From Prochlorococcus sp. AG-355-B18 (GTDB taxonomy: Bacteria > Cyanobacteriota > Cyanobacteriia > PCC-6307 > Cyanobiaceae), in assembly GCA_003280965.1 (NCBI GenBank), contig QCDI01000002.1, positions 99,712-163,711 on the forward strand: a stretch of DNA of 64,000 nt, read 5' to 3'. Made by a program: the position numbers and the translations under genes. Numbering within the stretch: position 1 is the stretch's first letter; each line of letters opens with the position of its first letter. Of the stretch, positions 22,122 through 32,463 are shown one piece after another. A model generated the notes under the pieces. It saw nothing but the letters and a program-made list of their open reading frames with translations, had not been told where the DNA came from and made no database searches.

Positions 22122-23129
22122 TTATTCAGTTTTTTGGGGGATTTCACTATAAATCTCTTCAATATTATTTGCTTCGATAAATTTACCTAAAACCCTAAAT
22201 TTTTTGTATCTTTCCTCAATTAATTCGTCTTCAGGCATTTGCAGTAAAGCATTAAGGTGTTTCTCAATAGCCTCTTTTAGTGTATTGCCAGCATCTAAAG
22301 GATCCCAATTATTCCCACCAGAGGGTTCTGGTAATACCTCATCAATTATCCCCAATTTAAGTAAATCTTTACCTGTAATTTTAAGTGCTGATGCGGCTTC
22401 TGGAGCCTTCGCAGCATCTCTCCACAAAATTGATGCACATGCTTCCGGACTAGCAACTGTGTAAACACTGTGTTCAAACATTAGTAATCTATCGGCAACA
22501 CCTATTCCAAGTGCTCCTCCTGAACCTCCTTCTCCAATGACAGTAGCTACAATTGGGACTCTTAGTCCAAACATCTCTCGAAGGTTTCTTGCAATAGCTT
22601 CCCCTTGACCCTGTTCTTCAGCTTTCAAACCAGCATAAGCTCCAGGAGTATCAATAAATGTAAGAATTGGCAAGGAGAATCTATTTGCATGCTGCATTAA
22701 TCTAAGAGCTTTTCTATAACCTCCTGGTTTTGCCATCCCAAAGTTTCTTACTACATTTTCTTTTGTGTCCCTTCCTTTCTGATGCCCTAACATCAACACC
22801 GGTCTGTTATTTATCGAGCCTATCCCCCCAATTAGTGCCATATCATCACCACCATTTCTATCTCCATGTAATTCGATCCAGTCATCACAAAACATTTGAA
22901 CAAAATCCAAAGTACTAGGTCTTTGTGGATGTCTAGCTACCTGAATCTTTTGAGCAGGGGTGAGAGATTTAAATATTTCTTCTCTTCTCCTAGCAGCTAA
23001 GGTTTCAAGCTGTAGAAGCTGTTGACTAACATCTACCTCTGAATCTCGAGCTAATTCTTTAATTTGCTCTATCTGCTTCTCAAGTTCAACAAGAGGCTTT
23101 TCAAAATCAAGGAGGTAACGTTTAGCCAT
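22122..23129 (-). CDS. accA: Acetyl-CoA carboxylase carboxyltransferase alpha subunit
   Basis: [29 protein letters not shown]. Confidence 0.98.
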   Translation of the reverse strand: MAKRYLLDFEKPLVELEKQIEQIKELARDSEVDVSQQLLQLETLAARRREEIFKSLTPAQKIQVARHPQRPSTLDFVQMFCDDWIELHGDRNGGDDMALIGGIGSINNRPVLMLGHQKGRDTKENVVRNFGMAKPGGYRKALRLMQHANRFSLPILTFIDTPGAYAGLKAEEQGQGEAIARNLREMFGLRVPIVATVIGEGGSGGALGIGVADRLLMFEHSVYTVASPEACASILWRDAAKAPEAASALKITGKDLLKLGIIDEVLPEPSGGNNWDPLDAGNTLKEAIEKHLNALLQMPEDELIEERYKKFRVLGKFIEANNIEEIYSEIPQKTE

Positions 23130-23134
23130 AATTC

Positions 23135-24175
23135 TTAAACCGTTAATACTTTAGGCTGCTTATCAAGTCCAATCGCAGAAAAACCATGCTTTAAAGATGC
23201 TGCTCCAATAAACTCCATCTTTTCAAGGGAAATGTTATTTCTTCCCCAACTAAAGTTTGTATGACACTTTTCGAATTCTAAAATCATAGCTTCTGCAAAG
23301 CAAGCAAACATCTCTCGCTGAGGGTTTTGCATTTCCGCAAGTTCCATCATATTCCAACCAATATCATTGAAAAACTCTACTATACCTCCTTTTAAAACAT
23401 GAATATTTTCACCCTGAAATTTCTCATCAAGATTTTTGGGGTATCCGCCATCAATCATTAAACATGGTTTTTTTAAGTTATCTGTATCAATCTCAATAGT
23501 TTTAGGCATACTTGCAACCCATACAACAATATCCGCCTGCGGCAATGCCTCATTTAAGCTTGTTACGGTGCCACCATCTAATTCTTTTTGTAACAGCGCT
23601 AGTGGTTCTTGTTGTCTTGCTACCATAAGAAGCTCTGAAATCCCAGTTTTATTGATAAGCCATCTACAGACAGCACTACCAATATCACCTGTAGCACCAA
23701 TTACAGCAACAGTTGCTTTTTTAAGGTCTATCCCAATGCGAGGCGCATTTATTTCTAGTTGCTTACAAATAACCCAGGCTGTATGAGTATTGCCAGTAGT
23801 AAATCTTTCCCACTCTAATGAAGTATTTCTAATTTGTTTATGCTGTAGAAGATTAAAATTCTCAAAAATAATAGAAGTAAATCCTCCTAAAGCGGTAATG
23901 TTAATCCCTTTTTTCTGAGCTAGTTCCATAGCATTTAGTACTTTTCTTCTAGCCGTTTTAAACCTAGAAAGCATTTCAGGAACAAAGCACGAATCTATAT
24001 AGGAACCTTCAATAGATATTCCAGTAGCACTCTTAACTTCTACATTTTCAACAAGCTGAGGAGGAGCAGTACACCAAACATCCAAGTCGCCATCAGCAAT
24101 ATGATCAAAGCCTAGCATCGAAGCTTTTCTTTTTGCATCTTCAAAACTAGTTGAGTGGCCTATTAACCCAAACAT
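23135..24175 (-). CDS. aar: Long-chain acyl-ACP reductase (aldehyde-forming)
   Basis: MFGLIGH start, [30 protein letters not shown]. Confidence 0.97.
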   Translation of the reverse strand: MFGLIGHSTSFEDAKRKASMLGFDHIADGDLDVWCTAPPQLVENVEVKSATGISIEGSYIDSCFVPEMLSRFKTARRKVLNAMELAQKKGINITALGGFTSIIFENFNLLQHKQIRNTSLEWERFTTGNTHTAWVICKQLEINAPRIGIDLKKATVAVIGATGDIGSAVCRWLINKTGISELLMVARQQEPLALLQKELDGGTVTSLNEALPQADIVVWVASMPKTIEIDTDNLKKPCLMIDGGYPKNLDEKFQGENIHVLKGGIVEFFNDIGWNMMELAEMQNPQREMFACFAEAMILEFEKCHTNFSWGRNNISLEKMEFIGAASLKHGFSAIGLDKQPKVLTV

Positions 24176-24283
24176 TTAAAATTTATAAATGGTTTCTATA
24201 CGATGTTATGAACAATAGCACAGAGATAACTACTTAAATAAGATTGATTAATTATTAAAAAACTTAATTGATTAGAAAGATAA

Positions 24284-25012
24284 TTAGACGATAGCTGCCA
24301 TAGCCATTCTTGCAATTTCTCTATTATCTAGACCTATTTCCATCAACGTATCTTGATAAGCAATCATAAATTCTTCCATTAATTCTTCTCTGTCCATAGC
24401 TAAAACTGATGCGTCATCTGCTACTTCATCTAACATCTTTTTAATTAACGGAAGATTAACTTTATTAGCTTCCATTAATTCCTCTTTACAAGTAGATAGA
24501 TTCTCTTTAAGCCACTCTTGACCATAATTTAAATGAAGATATTCATCTTTTACAACTCCCTCTGTTATTTTTTTTGCAAAAGGATCCGCAACTCTTATGT
24601 AGACGTTATAAGCGGAGATTGCGAAAGCTTCGATTAAAATAGCTTGAATTAAAAGACATGTTGTTAAATTTCCTTTTTCAAGAGCAACCTGAAAATTACC
24701 ATGTAATTTAGAAAAGAATTTTTTAGCAAATTCCATATCAGCTACTACACCTAAATTTCTTCCACATGCAGTAAACCCTTTTTTATGCTTCATTTCCATT
24801 CTCGCCAATTTTGTTAACTCCTCTAACTCATTTGGAATTAGAGTTGCTATTGAGATGTAATTATCATGAGCCTCTTGCTCTCCTTCTATAACAATTGCAT
24901 TTATTCTGCTGTATGCATCCTTATAAGAATCAGTAGTGAAGTCGGGCAAATCTAAAGAAATCGGATTAGTCGTTTCTTCAATAGTTTTTTTATTTGATTC
25001 TAGAGTTTGCAT
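24284..25012 (-). CDS. ado: Aldehyde-deformylating oxygenase
   Basis: YKDAYSRINAIVIEGE, EMKH, IEAFAI, DEYLH di-iron motifs; second ATG chosen (alternative start 25039). Confidence 0.97.
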   Translation of the reverse strand: MQTLESNKKTIEETTNPISLDLPDFTTDSYKDAYSRINAIVIEGEQEAHDNYISIATLIPNELEELTKLARMEMKHKKGFTACGRNLGVVADMEFAKKFFSKLHGNFQVALEKGNLTTCLLIQAILIEAFAISAYNVYIRVADPFAKKITEGVVKDEYLHLNYGQEWLKENLSTCKEELMEANKVNLPLIKKMLDEVADDASVLAMDREELMEEFMIAYQDTLMEIGLDNREIARMAMAAIV

Positions 25013-25123
25013 GTCAGTAATCTTTAGCTCATTATGCATGAATATTACATGATTATAGTGAGTTTATTTAAATATCATGAAAATAGTTTCAATTGTTAAG
25101 TCACATTTTTTACTTAAACTTAT

Positions 25124-25918
25124 TTAAGAATTGTTTGGCCAATCTGATTGCATCAGATTCATAATCAATTTGAACCAATGATTAATCAATAATTCCTTTA
25201 AATTTTTTCCTAAAGACTCATTTGCTCCTCTGCTATCCCCTATAACTCCTGATTTGCTGAAGTCATCAGTAAGCCAAGCAGTAGGTGCATTTCCCTCAAG
25301 ACTCCAACCATCTGGTATCTGCCCCTTAATACCTTCATTTGGACGTTGATCACCTACTAATTCTGGTTTTAAAGCAAGCATCAAACTTGTTTCAGCTAAA
25401 GAAGCATGAAGCCCATTCTCGATCTCAGTTTTTGTTAACAAATCACTTAACCCATTAACTCCACTCCATAAGAAACAAGGGAAAACTGCCATCCCAGGTG
25501 CAAAACTTCTTAGCTCTCTTGCCGCTGTATTTAATAGTGAGATTTGACCTCCATGTCCATTAATCAATATCAATCTTTTAAAACCCATTTCAGATAATTG
25601 ACCTCCGACTTCCTTAATCATTGAGGTTATTAAATTTGAGGAAAGTGAAATTGTCCCATTAAAACCCTTATGTTCTGGAGAAAAACCAATGTATTGAGTT
25701 GGAAGTTTTTTTAATGGAATATCGGAAGAGAATAATTTAAAAACTTCGCTAATAATTTCATCAACAAAAATACTATCTGTAGCAAGAGGCAAATGTGGCC
25801 CATGTTGTTCAACAGCACCGAATGGCCAAATCACGGTTGACCTTTTGTCTTTTGCAATACTTTCGATTTCTTGCCAATTTAAATATTCAAATTTATTAGG
25901 TATTGGTTTAAAGTTCAT
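25124..25918 (-). CDS. Creatininase family amidohydrolase
   Basis: GAVEQHGPHLPLATD, SPEH, NGHGG, HASLAETS. Confidence 0.93.
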   Translation of the reverse strand: MNFKPIPNKFEYLNWQEIESIAKDKRSTVIWPFGAVEQHGPHLPLATDSIFVDEIISEVFKLFSSDIPLKKLPTQYIGFSPEHKGFNGTISLSSNLITSMIKEVGGQLSEMGFKRLILINGHGGQISLLNTAARELRSFAPGMAVFPCFLWSGVNGLSDLLTKTEIENGLHASLAETSLMLALKPELVGDQRPNEGIKGQIPDGWSLEGNAPTAWLTDDFSKSGVIGDSRGANESLGKNLKELLINHWFKLIMNLMQSDWPNNS

Positions 25919-25984
25919 TAATTTTAATTTCGAGTACTAACATTTAGAGTATGTTATTAATTAATTATTATCATTTTACCTACG

Positions 25985-27199
25985 ATGGGAGTCAGTAATA
26001 ACAATGCCCAAGAAAATATCCAACCAAAGGGCAAAAAAAAAGATTTCAAAAAACCTCTTCAAGTACTTCACCTAAGCAAGAAAGATACCCAAAAAAAATC
26101 TCAAGAAATACAGAATGAGCAACCCAATTCGCAAGAAGAAATTAAAAAAGAAAATATTGCAATAAAACCTCAAATATTTAAAGATGGATCAGAAACAGAA
26201 ATTAAGGACAGAAATGAAAACACTAAATCTTTGGATAGTTCTCAACATGATTTAAATAAACCCCTTAATTTTTCTGAGCAAAACACAGATTTTCAATTAG
26301 AAAGAACAGTTGATGAATTCGATTTTGATGAAAGTGCTTTTTTGGAGGCTTTAAATGCAAATGAGCCAATTGGGGCTACGGGAGAAACAATTTCAGGGAA
26401 GGTTATAGCAATAGAAAGTGATGGACTATATGTTGACATTGGTGGGAAAGCACCTGGTTATATGCCAAAAAAAGAAAGTGGGTTAGGCGTCATAACTAAC
26501 TTTAAAGAAAAATTTTCAATAGGCCATGAAATAGAAGTTTTGGTTATCAAAGAACAAAATGCTGATGGAATGGTAACAGTAAGCGCTCGGGCATTAATTC
26601 TCAGACAAAGTTGGGAGAAAGTATCAAGTTATGCAAAAAATGGAGAATTAATTGACGTTTTAATAAATGGATTTAACAGAGGTGGGCTTACATGTGATGT
26701 AGATGGATTGAGAGGCTTCATCCCGAGATCCCAACTTGAAGACGGTCAAGATCATCAATCTTTTGTTGGCAAAACTCTAAAAGTAGCCTTTCTTGAGGTG
26801 AATCCAGAATCCAGAAAATTAGTTCTCTCTGAAAAGAAGGCATCATTAGTCTCTAAACTTACGAGTCTAGAATTGGGGCAATTAATTGAAGGAGAAGTTC
26901 TAGCAGTAAAACCATATGGATTCTTTATTGATTTAGGCGGAGCCAGTGGACTTCTTCATCAATCCTCACTAACAAATGGTTCTATTCGTTCTTTACGAGA
27001 AATTTTTAGAGAAGGGGAAGTTATAAAAGCTTTAATATCTGAAATTGACCTTGAGAAAGGGCGCATTGGTCTTAATACAGCACTCTTAGAGAACTCTGCG
27101 GGAGAATTAATTATTGATAAGCAAAAAGTTATGCAAGAAGCCACAGAGAGAGCACTAAAAACTAAAGCACTTTTCGATAAAAAAGAACAAGACAAATGA
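25985..27199 (+). CDS. Ribosomal protein S1 homolog (S1 RNA-binding domain protein) with long low-complexity N-terminus
   Basis: Three S1 repeats (LYVDIGGK, LRGFIPRS, YGFFIDLGG..GLLH). Confidence 0.9.
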   Translation: MGVSNNNAQENIQPKGKKKDFKKPLQVLHLSKKDTQKKSQEIQNEQPNSQEEIKKENIAIKPQIFKDGSETEIKDRNENTKSLDSSQHDLNKPLNFSEQNTDFQLERTVDEFDFDESAFLEALNANEPIGATGETISGKVIAIESDGLYVDIGGKAPGYMPKKESGLGVITNFKEKFSIGHEIEVLVIKEQNADGMVTVSARALILRQSWEKVSSYAKNGELIDVLINGFNRGGLTCDVDGLRGFIPRSQLEDGQDHQSFVGKTLKVAFLEVNPESRKLVLSEKKASLVSKLTSLELGQLIEGEVLAVKPYGFFIDLGGASGLLHQSSLTNGSIRSLREIFREGEVIKALISEIDLEKGRIGLNTALLENSAGELIIDKQKVMQEATERALKTKALFDKKEQDK

Positions 27200-28101
27200 A
27201 CATTAATAATAAAACGGAACCAAGGCTTGAATTAAAAATTTCAGATTGGGAATTAGACTTTTACTCAAGACCAATCATTGAATCAAATGGAAAAAAAAGG
27301 TGGGAGTTAATTATTTGCTCTACAAGAAGTTATAAGAAAAAAGATGTTTTTCTTTGGAATAAAAAATGCCCTGCCAATGAAGTTAATTCAGTGTGGCTTA
27401 CAAAGTCACTAAATGAAGCAATTAATGATGCAAAAAAAGAAGGATGGGCAAAACCATCAATAATTAGATTTTGGAGATCGTCAATGAAATCTATAATAAA
27501 GAAATCACTGGAGGCTTCAAGTATTGAAGCTCTTGTCAGTAGAAGAACTTATAATTTATTCGATAGAATCGAATTCCTCGAAAAAGAGATTTATCCAAAG
27601 GAAAAAGGTTATGTAAGAGGGGTATTAGCTCCTACTTTTACTTCCAAAATGGAAAATTCCCCTAAACCCCTACCAGAAGCAGTAAGGGGTGATGCTTTAA
27701 CTATTTCTGAAATATCAATTGGCGAATTAAAATCTGCGGAAAATTGGCCTATGGAATTTGGAGATATTTTCCCAATTCAGCAAGATTTAGATGATAGTGA
27801 TTTAGTTCCAGGATTAAGACTTTTTAGCAAAGATAGATCTTTAGCACTTTCTGCATGGTTCAGTTGTTTAGAACCTATTAAATTAACTATTAGTAAGAAC
27901 CAACTCATCCTTGAAGCTTCAGAAGATGACAAGTGGCTGGTAACAGATTTGCCAGAAAAAGATGCAAACATTTTAAGTACAAAGTTTTTAGAGAATAAAA
28001 AAAATTCTTTTGGTTATCAATTTATTTCCATACAGTCAACGCCATACATTGAAAAATTTGCAGGATTCTGGATCTTGAGAGATATTGAATTAATTTCATA
28101 A
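27196..28101 (+). CDS. Tab2/Atab2-family RNA-binding protein
   Basis: WELDFYSRP..KKRWEL, VNSVWL, FAGFW. Confidence 0.9.
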   Translation: MNINNKTEPRLELKISDWELDFYSRPIIESNGKKRWELIICSTRSYKKKDVFLWNKKCPANEVNSVWLTKSLNEAINDAKKEGWAKPSIIRFWRSSMKSIIKKSLEASSIEALVSRRTYNLFDRIEFLEKEIYPKEKGYVRGVLAPTFTSKMENSPKPLPEAVRGDALTISEISIGELKSAENWPMEFGDIFPIQQDLDDSDLVPGLRLFSKDRSLALSAWFSCLEPIKLTISKNQLILEASEDDKWLVTDLPEKDANILSTKFLENKKNSFGYQFISIQSTPYIEKFAGFWILRDIELIS

Positions 28102-28123
28102 ACTCAGTTAAGGAGCAGGAACT

Positions 28124-28906
28124 ATTCCTTACAAAGAAATCAATTTCACAAAAGCTGAAATTTTTATTAAAAACAAAAAATTCGAGTATTATTCATCACC
28201 TATTCTTAGTCAATATAATTTCAAACATGCATACTTTTCTAAGACTAGCTCTTATAATATTCTTCAATTATTAGGAGGTCACTTTAACAAAAATTATATA
28301 AATTGTGTTTCTAATCAAATTCACAGCAATGTTATAGTTTTTGGTTCACATTCGCAAGAAGGGTGTAAGACTGATGCAGATGGTCTTTTTGGTAATAAAT
28401 GTAATCAAAACTTATGGGTTTATACAGCTGATTGCATGCCAATATTTTTTGCAGATAAAAGGACAAGAAATGTAGCAGCCTTACATTGTGGAAGAAAAGG
28501 TTTAGAAAAAAAAATCATACACAATATGGTGAAATTTTTCGATAATTTTGGGACATCCAGAAATGACTTACTTGTTGCAATAGGCCCATCGATATCAAAG
28601 GAACATTATCTTGTTGATAAAATTACATTCAAAGAATTTTACAGAAAGTTCGAGAACAAAAACATAACGATCAATTTGACTAAAACTGAAAAAGATCATT
28701 TTTTTTGTGATTCAAATCACTTGAAAAAGCAAAACTTAAATCAACTTGATCTTAAAAGATCTGCATATAGACAACTTTTAAGTGAGAACATCCCAAATAC
28801 AAATATAGACGTCTCAAATTTATGCACATACAAATTAAAAAATGAATTTAATTCCTGGAGAAGGAACAAAACAATCTTGAGGCAATGGAATTTTATTTGC
28901 TCTTAG
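28124..28906 (+). CDS. pgeF: YfiH/PgeF (laccase-domain, purine nucleoside enzyme) family protein; probable ATT start
   Basis: Frame open from 28112; the upstream part encodes QIHSN, DADG, YTADCMP; downstream HCGRKG, AIGPSI, NLCT; SD AAGGAG at 28110-28115. Confidence 0.85.
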   Translation: MPYKEINFTKAEIFIKNKKFEYYSSPILSQYNFKHAYFSKTSSYNILQLLGGHFNKNYINCVSNQIHSNVIVFGSHSQEGCKTDADGLFGNKCNQNLWVYTADCMPIFFADKRTRNVAALHCGRKGLEKKIIHNMVKFFDNFGTSRNDLLVAIGPSISKEHYLVDKITFKEFYRKFENKNITINLTKTEKDHFFCDSNHLKKQNLNQLDLKRSAYRQLLSENIPNTNIDVSNLCTYKLKNEFNSWRRNKTILRQWNFICS

Positions 28907-28912
28907 AAATAG

Positions 28913-29263
28913 TTAACTCGGACAAATTTCACTGGCTAAGTCTTTGGCAACTAATATTTCGGTCATCTCCTTAGTACCTTTAATATTAAAAACTTTGGCT
29001 TGCAGTAAATTCTCTTTAAAACCAAAAGGTTTTATTTTTACTTTGCTTCCCCTTGGAAATTCACTCTTTAGTAAATTAATTGCTTCAAACTCATCATTTT
29101 CATTTACATCTACACAAAATAATCCAATAGTTAAATTCCTATTTTGATCGCCCACCAAAATAGTATTTGAGCTTTTAATTTGAAGAATTTCAGCCGAGTT
29201 AACTATTACAGGATTAAGAAAAATCAAGCATACTAAAATTAAAATTTTTGATAATTTTTTCAA
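28913..29263 (-). CDS. Secreted thermonuclease(SNase)-like protein, probably non-catalytic
   Basis: Signal peptide, then AEILQIKSSNTILVGD...LFCVD...QAKVF...LVAKDLA pattern resembling SNase. Confidence 0.6.
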   Translation of the reverse strand: MKKLSKILILVCLIFLNPVIVNSAEILQIKSSNTILVGDQNRNLTIGLFCVDVNENDEFEAINLLKSEFPRGSKVKIKPFGFKENLLQAKVFNIKGTKEMTEILVAKDLASEICPS

Positions 29264-29324
29264 TTAAATAACTATTTTAAAATTATCTTAAAGTTAATTT
29301 TTTAAATTGACGAGTTAAAAATAA

Positions 29325-31088
29325 TTAGTCTTTATAATTAACATATCCAACCATTTGAGCATTACTTTTCCCGGGAGGTACCATTGGATAGCAATTTTCA
29401 CCTCTTCTAACAAGAATATTAATCAAGGCAGGTCCATCATAATTAAGTGCATTTTGTAATTCGTTCAATAGTTTTTCTCTATCAGATATTAAGTACCCTT
29501 TAACTCCGAAAGACTCAGCAAGTTTTACAAAATCAGGTTCTCCACAACTCATATCCGAGGAGGAATACCTTTCGTTATAGAAACTTTCTTGCCATTGTCT
29601 AACCATCCCTTGCCAGCGATTATTAATTATGATCAATTTCACCTTCAAACCATATTGAGATAAAGTTCCTAATTCTTGAATATTCATTAAGACACTCGCA
29701 TCTCCTGCTATACAAATTACTTCTGAATTAGGTAAGGCCGCCTTTACTCCAATTGCCGCTGGCAAACCAAAACCCATAGTTCCTAAGCCTGCACTACTTA
29801 TCCATTTTCTGGGGGAATTCCTGAGGTATTGAGCGGCCCACATTTGATGTTGACCTACATCTGTTGTTACATAAGCTTCTGGTGAAAGATCTCTAACTTT
29901 CAAAAGAACTTCCTGAGGATAAATTTCTCCTTCGTTAGGTGGGACGTACAAAGGGTGTTTATTTTTCCAAAAATTAATTTTTTCTAACCAGTTTTTCGTT
30001 TGAGAGGCAAATTCATTATTTGTAGATTTTTGATTAATTTTGCGAACAGCTTTTGACACGTCAGAGACAATTGCAACATCTACACGCCTATTTTTATTAA
30101 CTTCTGCTGGATCAATATCTATATGAATAACCTTGGCATCAGGAGCAAAAGTGTCTAGTTTACCCGTTACTCTATCATCAAATCTAGCTCCTATAGCAAT
30201 TAAAAGATCACATTCTGTAACCGCAAAATTTGCATAAGCAGTTCCATGCATTCCTAACATTCCAACTGACAAATTATCTTTTTCATCAAAAGCACCCTTC
30301 CCCATTAATGTAGTTGTAACCGGTATTTGATAATTTCTTGCCAAAATTCTTATCTCTTCATGAGCCCCTGAAGATATTGCCCCACCGCCAACATAAAGAA
30401 GGGGTCTTTCAGACTCCTCTATTAATTTAATAGCTTTTTTTATATCTGAATCATTAATGTCTCCATTTCTCTTAAATCCTTTAGGAATAATCTCACCAGG
30501 CAAAACTCTTTGGTAATTAAAGTATTCTTGGCCAACATCCTTCGGTATATCAATTAAAACAGGACCTGGTCTTCCAGAAGATGCAATAAAAAAAGCTTCT
30601 GAAACTACTTTCGCGATATCTGAAGGATTTCTTATCACCCATGAATGTTTAACTATTGGAAGAGTTATTCCAAAAATATCAGTTTCTTGAAAGGCATCTG
30701 TCCCTATAGCAGGTCTTGGGACTTGACCAGTAACAACAACAAGAGGTACTGAATCCATTTGAGCAGTAGCAATACCCGTTACTAAATTTGTTGCACCTGG
30801 GCCAGAAGTTCCAAAGCAAACTCCAACTTCTCCAGTAGATCTTGCATACCCATCAGCAGCATGAGAACCACCTTGTTCGTGTCTTACCATGTAATGCTTT
30901 AACCAACCATCTTGTTCTGCTTTATGAACAGCATCATAGATAGGTAGTATGGCTCCTCCAGGATATCCAAATATAACCTTTACCCCATGAATTTTAAGAG
31001 AATCCATTAGTGCCTCAGCACCTGTTATCCAAATAGGATTTTCATTTTTTGAACCACCCTTTGATAAGGATCTCGAAGTAAGAGTCAC
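29325..31088 (-). CDS. ilvB: Acetolactate synthase large subunit
   Basis: [29 protein letters not shown]...NN ThDP motif. Confidence 0.98.
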   Translation of the reverse strand: MTLTSRSLSKGGSKNENPIWITGAEALMDSLKIHGVKVIFGYPGGAILPIYDAVHKAEQDGWLKHYMVRHEQGGSHAADGYARSTGEVGVCFGTSGPGATNLVTGIATAQMDSVPLVVVTGQVPRPAIGTDAFQETDIFGITLPIVKHSWVIRNPSDIAKVVSEAFFIASSGRPGPVLIDIPKDVGQEYFNYQRVLPGEIIPKGFKRNGDINDSDIKKAIKLIEESERPLLYVGGGAISSGAHEEIRILARNYQIPVTTTLMGKGAFDEKDNLSVGMLGMHGTAYANFAVTECDLLIAIGARFDDRVTGKLDTFAPDAKVIHIDIDPAEVNKNRRVDVAIVSDVSKAVRKINQKSTNNEFASQTKNWLEKINFWKNKHPLYVPPNEGEIYPQEVLLKVRDLSPEAYVTTDVGQHQMWAAQYLRNSPRKWISSAGLGTMGFGLPAAIGVKAALPNSEVICIAGDASVLMNIQELGTLSQYGLKVKLIIINNRWQGMVRQWQESFYNERYSSSDMSCGEPDFVKLAESFGVKGYLISDREKLLNELQNALNYDGPALINILVRRGENCYPMVPPGKSNAQMVGYVNYKD

Positions 31089-31222
31089 TAAAGAAATTCA
31101 ATATTTAATATAAATATTAAACTTAATTAAAAACTTTTGCCTCATTTAGAAATGTAATGTCAGAAAAATATTCAAAAAATTTTTAAAAAATTTTAATTTC
31201 TAAAAAAAATATGAATTGACCT

Positions 31223-32398
31223 TCATAAAATTCCTAGCCTATGCAATGGTCCAGATCCTGAAATAAGTTCAATAAAAAGTACCAAAAAAACAATCATGGC
31301 AACCCTTCCGTTCCAAACCTCTGAACTATTATTCCAACCCCATTGCCATTTCTCTTGGGGATAAAGTTTAATTTTTTCAGGTAATTGAGAAGCCTCCTCA
31401 ATATTTACTAAAGGCCCTTCTAAACAAGAAATCACAAGGTCGCTGAGACCCTCAATAAAAGTGGGATGAGTATTTAGAGCCTTTACTCTTCGAAAGTTTT
31501 TAATCCCTGCTTTTTCAGCTATTTCTTTATATTCAATATCAATTTCTTGCAAAGTTTCAATATGCTCACCAACGAAACTTATTGGAACCACAATCAAATC
31601 GTTAACATTTGATCTTCCAAGATCTGCTAACACTTCTTCTGTATAAGGCTTCAACCATTCAACTGGGCCAACTCTACTTTGATATGAAAGTGTATGAGGG
31701 TTACTATGCCCCAAATATTTTTCCAGCTCATTTATTATTAATAAGGAACAATCTTCGATTTGTTGTTTATAAGGGTCTCCAGCTTCCTCTACGTAACTCT
31801 TAGGAACTCCATGAGCAGTGAAAAATATATGCGCATTAGGAGGCGATTCACAAAGAGAAATTTGTTCAGAAATCAATTCAACCATTGACTTTAAATAACC
31901 TGATTGACTGAACCAACTTCTTACACATCTCATAGGGATTTTTTTAAAGTCTTTATCTGAATCTCGCAATTTTTTTAATTCTCGAAAGCTTGAACCACTA
32001 GTACTTATTGAAAAGTGTGGATACAAAGGCAGTACAACAATTTGATCTATACCATCTGCTTTCATATCAGCAATTGCTGATTCAGTAAAAGGATGCCAAT
32101 ACCTCATTGCTATATATGTCGTTGCATTCAACCCTTTATCCCTTAATTTAGATTGCAATTCTCTTGCTTGTTGTTCTGTTATCCTTCTTATTGGTGATCC
32201 TCCACCTATTGAAAGATAAGCCTGTTGTGAAGTAGTACTTCTAAGCGTACTAATTAACCAAGCTAAAGGCTTTTGAAAAGCAGGAAAAGGGATTCTGATT
32301 ATCTCTGGATCAGAAAAAAGGTTATATAAAAATGGACCCACATCGGTAATGCGTTCAGGCCCTCCTAAGTTCATTAATAAGACGCCTATTTTATACAT
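31223..32398 (-). CDS. hemH: Ferrochelatase with C-terminal CAB domain
   Basis: [34 protein letters not shown] motif. Confidence 0.98.
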   Translation of the reverse strand: MYKIGVLLMNLGGPERITDVGPFLYNLFSDPEIIRIPFPAFQKPLAWLISTLRSTTSQQAYLSIGGGSPIRRITEQQARELQSKLRDKGLNATTYIAMRYWHPFTESAIADMKADGIDQIVVLPLYPHFSISTSGSSFRELKKLRDSDKDFKKIPMRCVRSWFSQSGYLKSMVELISEQISLCESPPNAHIFFTAHGVPKSYVEEAGDPYKQQIEDCSLLIINELEKYLGHSNPHTLSYQSRVGPVEWLKPYTEEVLADLGRSNVNDLIVVPISFVGEHIETLQEIDIEYKEIAEKAGIKNFRRVKALNTHPTFIEGLSDLVISCLEGPLVNIEEASQLPEKIKLYPQEKWQWGWNNSSEVWNGRVAMIVFLVLFIELISGSGPLHRLGIL

Positions 32399-32463
32399 TT
32401 AAAGATTATGGTGATTGAAAATCAACAGTAAAAACGTCATTATATGGTCAATTATATAAGTTA

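Noticed and set aside
28436..28906. Reading pgeF as a 5'-truncated pseudogene
   Set aside because: The upstream frame is open and carries the missing conserved motifs with an SD-ATT start
31160..31212. A/T quasi-palindromes between ilvB and hemH
   Set aside because: Low-complexity homopolymer runs expected at this base composition
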